DNA of 64,000 nt, from assembly GCA_037447605.1 (NCBI GenBank), contig CM074810.1, positions 2,328,880 to 2,392,879 on the forward strand, written 5' to 3'. The stretch comes from Zygnema circumcarinatum SAG 698-1b (lineage: Eukaryota > Plantae > Zygnematophyceae). Below, piece after piece: positions 37,167 through 47,943 of this stretch; positions within the stretch are counted from its first letter, which is position 1, and each line of letters starts with the position of its first letter. The position numbers and the translations under genes were made by a program. The notes under the pieces are model-generated. The model made no database searches. It had not been told where the DNA came from and saw only the letters and a program-made list of their open reading frames with translations.

Positions 37167-40100
37167 CTAAAATATACCCCGAGGCGCCTGCTTAGGGGAC
37201 AACTCCATTGACATGACTAACCGGTCCTTAGTCACTCCGCCATGACTAGACCGCGGAGTCTCATGCAGGGCCTCTCCCAAGGGAGGGCGAAAATTGGCTC
37301 CGCCGGCGGAGTGTGCGCCCAACCAGAGCCACTCCGCCTCCTCCTGAAGGCTGAGGGCGCCGGACTTCTGCACGAACTCGTGGTTTCCTTCAGGGAGTTC
37401 GGCCCAAGACCTGCGTTTGCAGGAGGAGGGAGGGTAAGACTAGGGAAAGGGGGGGAAGGGGGAGAGGCGGGGAGAAATGAAGAAGAAAGAGGAAGGAAGA
37501 GGGGAAGGGAGAGGAGGAGGAGGTGGGGGGGGAAGAGGGGGAGTGGGTGGGGGGGGGGAGGGGAGGAGGGAGGGGGGAGGGTGTGAGGGGAGGGGGGAGG
37601 GTGTGAGGGGGGGGGAGGAGAAGATGGGGAGTCGGAGAGTGGGAGGGGGAGATTGAAAAAGAGAGGGGGAGGGCGGGAGGACAGGACGTGAGAGTAGAGG
37701 AGGGAAAAGGAAAGTAAGAATTACGGAGAAAGAGGGGGAGGCGGAGGAGGAGGACGAGGAGAGGGGATACCAGGGAGACTAGGGTAGGAGGGGAAAGAGG
37801 GAGGGTGGAGAGGGGAGGAGAGAGGAGCAGAGGCTGGTTATGAAAGGAGCAAGGAGAGTCAGAGAGGATGAGTAGGGGACAATGAAGTCGAGAAGGCGGA
37901 GCAAGCGAGTAAAAAGGAGAGGGGAGAAATAGGAGGGGAGTGAGTAGGAGAGAGGCAATTGAGAATCGTACCCGGCGGGACCTCCTCCCAAGGCGAGCCG
38001 ATTTCGGGGGCTTGTGAGCGGTTGTTTTTTGAGCTTTTGGCGGCCAATGGGAGAAGAGCTCGTCTTCACCGTCCGATCGTGAGCCATCCTTCCAAGTGTG
38101 TCTGTGGCGCCAATCAGACCGTTGAATGACTTGTTGATGTGATCAACATCCAAGTTGTATGTAGCAATGTCACTTTGCCTCCTGATTAGTTTAAGAGGAT
38201 ATCTGAAGGTTAGTGATAGAAATAAGATTTATAAATCTTTTGGTTTGTATTGACTAATTTAGTTATTCTGTTAAAATCTTACAAGGATCAAGAAGAAAAC
38301 GTGGGATTAGGCAGAGATATTTTTGGATAGTGAGAGGAATCTGTGGTAAGGAGAGCTATCTATGATTTCATTTCGAAACGATGAAATAAAATAGAAATAG
38401 CAATTGCAAGCAAAAGGGAGCACCTCTGCTGGGGAATTTTTGTCATCAACTTTTTGAATATTGTAATCGTAAGGAGGACTCTTACGTTGCTTTTGTTGGA
38501 CTTCGCGCCATTTTAGGAAACTTTGAGGTCGCCATTTCAGCAAACCCAGCTTTTTTTTGTCTATCTTGGCCCGCTTCTCCTTCTCTTGCCTCCAATTCGG
38601 AAAATATTTCATCCATCTCTTTTCCCTGACTTTCCCTTACATTCTCACCCCTAAAATTCTTAAAAGAGTCTTGCTGCTCGTCCTCGGGCACAATCTCTAT
38701 TTCAGAACCTTTTCCTGCCCGAGAAATTGGATCTAAAATACCTGAAATTGAATCCTCCTTTTTCTCACCTTCAAAATATTCACTCGCATCTTCCCAGTCG
38801 TCGATTTGTACATCTTCGAACTCCGGCTCGGTCTTATACATAGTACTCGAATTAATTGAAAATAAAGATGCAAAGGAGGAAGTCCTGGATGGTCCTTTAT
38901 CATCATCTTCCTTGGCAACTTCATCGGAAATATTTACATCTTTGGCCTCTGAACAACCCCCAATAAAATTACCTTTTTCTGCTGTTTCAATTCCTCCGGA
39001 AATACCTTTGATAAATTTTCCTCCTTCTAGGCTTGTTTTGCTTTCACTTGAGTTGCACTCTTCACTCCTCTCTCCCTCCTTTCCTACCTCCTCCTCTCCT
39101 TCCCCCCTTCCACCATTCAAGACTATTGCAGTCTCATCATTACCCTTTTCTCCTTTCAAAATTTCACCTTCACATTCTCCACTCTCTCGTTTATCCTCCT
39201 CTATATTAGTGAACTCTATTTTTCCCTCCCTCAAGCTTTTTTCGCCAGACACGGAGCATTCACCTTTCTCCACTTCTGTGGGGCTATTAGAATCCTGTCC
39301 TTCCCTTGAATTTGTCAATTTCTTCGATTCTGTGAGTCCTATTGTTAGCGACATTTCAGCTGAATCGTGAGCTACATTCTGTATATTTTCATTTGATGGC
39401 TTGTCTTCGATTTTTTCATGGAACTCCTCAAAATCGTCATATTGAAAATCATCGTTTTTCGTTGAAGAGTCTCTGGAAAACAAAGCCATGGATGCCGCCT
39501 TATAGGCGTCAACCCTACGCTTACCATCCTCCTGCAAAACAGTAAATGTGCCGACATGTTATACGGGCAGAGGGAGAGAAGCCGGGTAGGGGGAGAGAGA
39601 GGGGGAGGGGCGGAAACGAGAGAGGGAAGGGGGGAGAGAGAAGTTGAGGGGAGCGAGAGAGAGAAAGAGAGAGAGAGAGGGAGAGAGAGAGGGAGGGCGA
39701 GAGAGGGAGGAGGGGAGGGCGAGAGGAGGGGGAGGGAGAAGGAGGGGGGGAGGGGGGGGGGAAGGGGGAAGTGGTGAGAATTGCTAGAATTAAAAACATG
39801 AATGAAAATAAGAGACATAAAAAAACATGAAAAATATATCAAAATACTGGGATCGATTTCATTTTCTAGTACCTGATCTTTTTTTTTCTGTTCAATTGCT
39901 CGAATTTGTTCCAGTGGCACTCCATGCTCGTCGACTTCCGGCTTCTTTGGTCCTAAGCCGATCGCAGAAGCTCCTGTATGGACCACTGTAGCCCCCAAAT
40001 CCATGACTGCCTCTCCGAGATCTATCCCGATATCGACCACCATATTAATAGGAGCAGATATTATCCCTTTTAGGGTTGTGGGACTTGGAGTCCCTTCTCC

Positions 40101-42700
40101 AGACCCTGCATTGCTGTGAAAACTTTTGAACTTGCCGACCTTAGAAGCCGGCGACTTCACGATCCGGCTCACATTTCCATACCCTTCAATCCTTTTCTTC
40201 ACTTCTTGGGAGTCTAATGTTGCATTGTTATTTGATGGGGATTCGAATGTTTGGGCCTCCTTTTCCCCATGTTCTCCCCTGTCGATGCTAATCGGGAGGG
40301 AGAAACTGCGAATGATGGGGTTTGGGGAGAGTGAGGAACTTGACGGTAGGATTGGAGAGGGTTCTGCAGAATCAGACCTCTGTATATTGCTATTCCTAGT
40401 TTCAGTTGAGTTTTCTGCTGTTCCAGAATCCGGCTGGAAAGGTGATGTCGGATGAACGACTTTCGGTGAAAGTAAGACTTTCCCTTCTCGTGATTCGACC
40501 GTCTTTTGGAGAATTTCGATCGGTTTTATGAGCGGCTTTGCAGCTTTCTTCGGTTGGTTGCTCGGAAGTAAACCTAACATCAGAAAGTTTTTGATTGCTG
40601 GGCCTCCTTGTTTTCCTGCACTTTTCGGTCCAATCTTTCGGGGAAGATGGCTCATGTTTCCGTAACCTTGGATGCGTTTAGTCACCTCTTCCGGCTGCAG
40701 GTGCTCGTCCACTGCAATTTTACTCTCTGAAGAAACTTCAATCTGCTCTTTTTGTTCCAATCCGACGGGAATTTCCATGCCTTCACTCAATGTAGAAGCG
40801 TTATTCTGATCATCTTTCGCTTCCAAAGTGGGCGACTCTCGTACATTGCTATCGCTACTTTGCATAAACTCTTCTTTCTTGTCTCCACCCTGAAATGATA
40901 GTCTGCCGCTCTCCTTGCTCGCTTCACTAATGTCATTTCGACCATTTTTTCTTTCAGTCAATTCCATCTTCTCTTCACCGGAGGAGGCTTCATTCTTGCG
41001 TGCTTCATAAACGTTTTCTTGAGATGAAGGTATATCTGGAAACTCAAAATCAGACTGTTTTCTGTTCAACGGAACGGATTTTTCCTCATGTGCATGTGTC
41101 TCACCCGGCTGACTTGGCAAAGGCTCTCTGTCCAGTTTTCTCGTCCCTTCCTCCCGAGAAAAGTGGGATGCGGATATCTTCAGATTTTGAATCAGACTAT
41201 CGCGATGTACTGGATCGAATTTTTTTGATGAACCTGGCGACGAACTGGCGAATATTTTTGTGAGATCTGTCAAGCCCTTCTGCTTTAGCCAAGACACAAT
41301 TGTCTCCACTCGAATACCTGCTTGGAAATTATCGGTACTGGTAGCTGCAAGAAAAAAAGATAAATAAATAATAGAGAATTACTTTTCAAGATCCCTCCTC
41401 CATCTCCCTCTTTCATCATTATTCCCTCTCGTCTCTCTGTCAGTCCCTCCGCCACTCACTCTCTTGCTCTCATCTGCTCTCCCCCTCACCACTCTTTCCC
41501 TCCACTCTCTTCCTCCCTCTCTCCCTCCCTCAACCTTCACTATCTCAATACCCATAGACAAACATACAATATATGCCGCTGGTTATTTGCAACATAGGAA
41601 GCAAAGTTTGACTGAAAATTGCCGCTCACCTGCAGCTTTCTTTTCATTCACATCTCTAAACTGCTTCGGCTGACAGACCATCATTTTAAAGTTCCCAAAG
41701 GAATCGAAGCCGGCCGTTCCATATTTCCATCTGAATGCCGTCCTTTTGTACTTGGTCAGGAAAGTCACATAGTCCTCCTCTTCTTGACTGACTCGGTTCC
41801 AAGCAAATTTCAGCGCACTTGCATTCATGATTGTAACGTCCCCAAGATGACCAAGCAGAAGGACTCTGTTGCCCGTTTCAAGCGAGTTTTGGCTTTTTTG
41901 TTCGTTGAAGTTGAGACTGATTGGAGTTATGTTTGCAGCCACGCCTTCACAGGCGACGACGGTGAGATCGAGTTCCGCATTCGTGAGAAAGAGACTGCGC
42001 AGCAAAACATGCCAATGCAGATTGTTCGTTTCTAGGTTAAAAAAAGAATTGGTTTTTAAGTTTTATCCTTAACAGGGTCAGGGTGTGCAGCTCAGTTTTT
42101 ACTGATTGGTTTGGTATAATTGGAAGCAGGTTTTGGGGTCTTTTTCGTTTCTTAAGCTTGATATTGTTCTTCTGGTTGTTGAGAACCATTTTTTGCAACG
42201 ACACATCCTTTTCAATGCTGCAAAACGTAATCCTGAAGTGAAAAGTTTCTCCATCCCAGAAACCATCATTGTGGACAAACGTGGCACTTACTCCATTGGT
42301 CTCAATTGAATGGTTGCCACATCGTCAGATGCAACTCGTTTAGCTCTTTGCATCTTCACAGCGTCATTGGCGCTTTGAACTTTCGCTTTAAGGGCGGATT
42401 GAAACGTTGGAAGAATGCTGTGACTTGTCAAGAGAACTGATTGTGACAACAGTAGACCCGTGCCTTGCGATGTCTCACTGCAGAAATTTCAACTTTGAAT
42501 TCAGCTTCAGTGAGAAAAACTATTGAAGTCATGATCTGCACTGTGGAGTATTCCTTTCCTTTATATCGTAAAGCACGGACAACGTCACGGTCAACGTTAT
42601 TTTTTTTCAGATTCTATCATGTAACTGTCAGTGATGATGAGAGAGTGTGAGTGAGAGAGAGAGAGAGAGTGAGAGAGAGAATGAAAGAGAGAGAGCGAGA

Positions 42701-42746
<46 letters not shown>

Positions 42747-42830
42747 TTCTCTTCAGAAATTCTGCAGACAAGCAAGCAAGGACTCACACAGGTGAATGGG
42801 GCAGACACTTTTTGCAAAGGAAGAAGGAAT
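37167..42830 (-). CDS. Trypsin-like (Trypsin_2) domain protein of a land-plant uncharacterized family with a long acidic low-complexity C-terminus; 5' end unresolved
   Basis: QGTGLLLSQSVLLTSHSILP, LFLTNAELDLTVVAC, LETGNRVLLLGH and WKYGTAGFDSFGNFKMMVCQP. Downstream exons join in phase (KKKDQ|EDGKRR, KAT|YPLK, PAG|SWAE). Confidence 0.7.
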
Positions 42831-44250
42831 ATTGCAAAATACTGAAAATACTAGTCGCATGTAATGCACAATATTTCACCTGATAATTGTAAAACAAGCT
42901 GGCTTCAGGTTATTGCTCAAGTCAACCGCTTGCTTCTTGCTGAGCTTCGATTCATGCTGCTGTACTCCACTTCCACACCATCGGAAACGAGCCATATTTT
43001 TCGCTCTCCTTACGAATCTCCTTATAATTTACAGGCCTTCCTTAACAGTATGAATCTAAATAATCTTTATATGTAAATACCCTCACCCATATGCAGGTTT
43101 CTGAAGATGTGCACCTTCAATATGACTCCTGAATGCCGATAAAACAATGAAATCATACTCATCCCAGATTCAAATACCCCACTTCTTAAAAAAAATCTTC
43201 AAAAAACCTAAAGATAGCATCAAGATACAATACTGCTTTGCACGCAGCAGCGATGATTACGACCTTCTACAGACACAAAAAATCCATGAACAGCTTCACT
43301 TTGCAGTCCTGCCGCCATAGGGAGCAGTCCTGCTGCCCCTTCTTCCAGCCATTTCAGAGCCATATTCCTCTAAAAATATTTGATCCTGAAGCAGAAACAG
43401 AAACAGAAGCGGAGCGGCTCCAGATTTCCTGAAGCCATGAAAGGTGGTCTTTCAGGGGAACAAAGGGAGCCTTTCGGGCCGACGGGTACTTTTGGACCAA
43501 GCAGGAAAACGGTTCCATGTACGAGGACTACGACGGTAACTGGATTCAGTTACGAGAAATCCGTGAAATTCTCAACTGCAACTGGAACTGGTGTACAGGG
43601 AAAGAGTCACAAAAATCCGCTTCTGGCTCATGTCATGGCATGGCATGGGCGTGAAGTCTACAGATTCTATGGAGCGAAAAAGCGTCCTGTTAAACGCTTT
43701 TAGGGGTTGCATGGGGCACGGCTTGCCGACAAGCCGTCTACGTGGCAGCCACGTGTACATCATCTTTCGGGACTCTCTTCCCGAGTTCCATAATAAAGAA
43801 AAATGAGATAAAATATCCAATCGGTAGATGCCACGCGACCACCCTTCTGCCATGTCGGATACTATTGCCACGCTGGCTCACTGCCATCGACCGCGGTGAC
43901 GGCCGGTCAAGGCCAGAGCCACGTGACGACTACGTGGCGAGCGCTTATTGGCCATACATTACAATGACGTCACATTACGTTCTGTAATAACGTCTCGTCA
44001 CGTCCGGTCCCGTCACGCCTTGGTGGCTCCCTCTCCGCCTCTCGTGAGGCGTCCCTTTGAGCGTCCGCGGTGAGCAGCCAGCAGCCATGGCTGCCGCCCT
44101 CTCCCTCTCCCCACTGTTTCCTTCTTTATCTCTCCTCGTCTGCCGCTCTCTAATCTCTTCCCCCCTCTCACTCTCCCGCCCTCGCTACCGCTCTCGCCCT
44201 CTCCCTTTCCCTTCCTCTGTCCCTCCCTGTCTCCCTCGCTCTGTCCCTCC

Positions 44251-46755
44251 ATGGACTACTACCGCGTGCTGGGGGTGAAGCGAGACGCGACCTCTCAAGA
44301 GATCAAGGTGAGGGAGGCAGAGGATCGGACATGTGGTGGGCATGCGTGCACAGATCGAAGAAGAATTGAAAGAGAGAGAGAGAGGGAGAGAGAGAGGGAG
44401 AGAGGGAGAGAGAGGAGAGGGAGGCGATAGTGTATAGACTCGCATTTTTCTGAACAAGGGAGAGGAGAGAGAGAGCGAAAGAGAGAGAGGGGGGAAGAGA
44501 GAGAGAGTAAGAGGAGAGGGAAGCGATAGTGTATAGACTCGCATTTTGCTGAACAAGTGGGGTACTTTCTGAGCGTAAATAGTTTTAAATAGGAAAGCAT
44601 CAATTTCAAATAAATCACGGGTATAATTCACATAATTGCAAACAGTTATCTCCGTTTAGTTTTATCTTTTAAATTCTTTTTTTTAAGCTGGTTTTCAACA
44701 GACAGCATTTCGCCAGCTAGCACTTCAATGGCACCCGGACCGACATATGTACGGAGATGAGCGGTTTCGGGAAAAAATTGGAGCGCGATTCAAAGAGTTA
44801 GCAGAAGCGTATGAGGTAATCTTATCGTATATTGCAACTTGAAAATTTAAAGAAGAATAAAAAGACCATACAGAACATTGTGACTTCTGTAAAAAAGTGA
44901 TACCTTTTTTTTATTTTTATCTCTATTCGATCTCATGCATTCAACATAAGCCATTTTCATGCCGCAGGTTTTAAGTGATGATAGCCGCCGAGCGCAGTAC
45001 AATAGAGAGGGAGGTCGTACAGCTGCCACGTGGCGCTCTCCAAGAGGTCCAGACTATGGCTCCAATGTCAGAAATCGAGCCAATTGGAGGAGAACAGGAG
45101 CAGAGAGAGAGGGCCAACAGCAGAGCAGAACGAGCAATAGCAGCAGTGGTAGTGGTAGCAGTAGCAGTAGTAGTGGTAGTGGTAGTGGTAGTGGTAATGG
45201 GAGTGGGAGTGGTAGTAATTACAGATATGGACAGAGCGGTGCTCAATATGAGCAAGGAGGAGGGTATCAGCAGAGCTATGCTGGGGAAGGGAGAGGGAGA
45301 GGGTTCGGATTTTCGGTGAGAGAGAGATGGTGGAGACTACCATGGAGAGGAGGAGGGAGATACGACACCGTGCTGCATGTGACTCTGGCAGGGTGAGAGT
45401 AGGGACGGTGGGAGAGAGAGAGGGGAACATTAGGGTGGAATGCTCTTAGGGCTTTTAGGGTTTAGGGTTATGGAAATTGTCATGGTTTGGTTTTGATGTG
45501 AGTGGAGAAAGGGGAGGACGAGAGGGAGTGGATAGGGAGTCTCTGGTTGGTGAGAGAAGAAGGGAGGGAGAGTGGGAAGTGCGAGGGAAATGGCTAATGT
45601 AGAAACGATGGAGAAAGAGAGAGAGAGATATGGGGGGGTGAGGGAGGGAGAGAGAGGAGGGGGAGGGGGTGGAGGAGAGGGAAGGGGGTTCTATGTTTCG
45701 CATTGAGCTTGGAGGATTGTCTTCTATGAGCAAAAGTAGAGTTCATAGACAAGCCGGCGTCTCTTTCCCACTCTCGCTCCCTCTCCCACTCTTCCCGTTG
45801 TCTTTTCCACTCCCTCTACCACTCCCGCTCCCACTCTCTCTCCCACGCCCCCTCCCACTTCTCCCATCTTCAACCCTCTTTCCTGCCCTAACTCTCCTGC
45901 TCCCTCCCTAACTGCCTCTCCGACTCCTTCCTTTTTGCCAAATGAAGGCCCCTTTTTGTTGTTTTTTAATTTTTGTTCCCTTGCTTCTCTCTAGCTGTAT
46001 GTTTTTCTCCCTCTCCGCTTCCACTTTCCGCATTGTATGGTGTGCTGATGAAATGAAGAGTTTTGGTTTGCCTGTTTGAATATCTCAGTAGTGATTGTCT
46101 GCAGTATGTTGTAGTGAAGGGGGGGCTTAATAAGGGGCGCTCCATGTGGCGCAGGGTGATGCTGACAGGTGTCATATTCTTAGGCAACGCCGCTAACGCT
46201 CTGTGGGAGACTCGAAACTCCGGGGTGAGAGGGAATAATTGACCTAATTTTGGGGTTTTAAAGTTTCAATGTTCTGATGCTGTCACTTTATCAAGTAAAG
46301 TAGTGATGAATTAGTGGTAAAACATCGCTATCGATGTAACGGAGAGGTGGAGAGGGGATGAGATGGATAGAGATGGGAGAGAGAGAGAGGGGGAGAGAGA
46401 GAGAGAGGAGAGGGGGAGAGGGAGAGAGGGAGAGAGGGAGTGGGGGAGTGAAAGGTTTCAGTAGAGAGGAGTAGTTGGAGAAGAGAGTAATGGCGAAAAA
46501 GGCGAGGGATACTTGAGTGGGCGGGGAGAGGGGAGGGAGGGAGGAGAAGAACAGGCAGGAGGGGAGAGAGTCAGGTGCAGAACGATATAGTATTGGGAGT
46601 GAGGGGAGGAGGGAGAGGGGGAGCAAGACAGAGAGAAAGGAGGAGAATTTTTGAACTGACAAATGGTTTTTGGGCTGCAGAAATCATTTGAGGAGGCCAT
46701 GGAAGCATTGGAGAGACGGCGAAATTCTATTTCAGATTCAACCCAGAAACCCTAA
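44251..46755 (+). CDS. Type III DnaJ chaperone (DnaJ72/DJC72-like). Exons 44251-44307, about 44702-44815, 44968-45392, 46155-46224, 46681-46755
   Basis: MDYYRVLGV, HPD, FKELAEAYE|VLSDD, a transmembrane segment, ALWETRNSG|KSFEEAMEALE. Confidence 0.92.
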
Positions 46756-47330
46756 AACCCTTGAAACCTTTCAATCCTTCAAAATCCCAGTTCATAAGAA
46801 AGTTCTAAAGCTTAAAACTGTCTCCTTGAGTCATTCCATTAGTCAATTGCCTCCTTTTTGGTGAATTCAGTCACCTTTTTTATTTTTACTCCAAGATGTA
46901 TTGGTAGAATTTTTGAGGCCAAGATCATATCAAGAGCATGGAACGCGTCAGTTACGGAAAAATTCAGCAAGGCCATTGTTGGGTCACTTGGTATGTAAAA
47001 TAGGTAAAAAAAACTTTGATGATGTGAATTCAAGAATGGGTTCAAAGGGGGTACAGGCTAAGGCATGAGTATAGGACTATGTTTTATGCTCGTCCCAAAA
47101 AAAATCCTCTTGTTGAAGATTGCGATTGTACAAAGTCATAATTACCAATGTGGTGCAATACTTCCCTTCTCTCGCCCCTTTTCTGCCAACTTTTTGTTGC
47201 TAGGAGCATGAGGATGATGGCATGCGATGGACCTCATGTCTCATGTCTAGGACGAGAGTTGTGCATGCTCGCGATGCCAACTCATGAGCTATCTCATATC
47301 ATGTCACGTCACAATAGAGGAAAATGGAAT

Positions 47331-47575
47331 TGATCTCACGATGGCGAGGCCATCTCATGGACAAAGGAAGCATGGGAAACCACGACGGGCCACGTCACGA
47401 CGTATTCATGCGAGTGGTGGTTCGCTCTTGGGCTGAGCCAGATACGACAAAGAGTCCACAAAACGACAAAGTCTTACAGTGATTTCGGTTACCGAGTTGG
47501 TAAGTTTGGTGTGACGCCATCTGTTTTGATGACGTCACAGACACGTGTTGGGCATCGAACGGTGGGATCCGTGAA
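47331..47575. repeat. Third member of the foldback repeat family (arm, loop and 26.4-kb module, rearranged)
   Basis: cgatggcgaggccatc, gagccagatacgacaaa...gagtccacaaaacgacaaag and gcatcgaacggtgggatcc. Confidence 0.8.
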
Positions 47576-47943
47576 AGCTATCCGATATTGACGGTATTGC
47601 GATTAAGAAATGTCGATATCATATATCATATATCGAAGGGATACAGTACAGCAATATCTGTCCGATACGGTCCATTCCGCCTTTCAGCCGTTGGCCTGTC
47701 ACTTTCTCTCTCTCTCACTCTCGCTCTCTCTCTCTCTCTCTACACCCTTACTCAAAAAATTCAAAAAGCCTAAAATCTGAATAACCCTAAAACCCTAATA
47801 CTAGCAATCCCGCATCCCATCCTTCTGCCCTTTCCATTTTCTATTGCCCTTTTCTTTATTTTTTCCTCTCTCTATTGCGTCTTTCTTCCTTCCTTTAGCC
47901 GTGACGTCCTGTCCAGGCTCTCTCTGCATCGAGGCGTGGTTCC

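Noticed and set aside
45130-45220. (AGT/GGT) coding repeat in DnaJ giving an SGSGS tract
   Set aside because: It is an ordinary low-complexity G/S linker of J-proteins.
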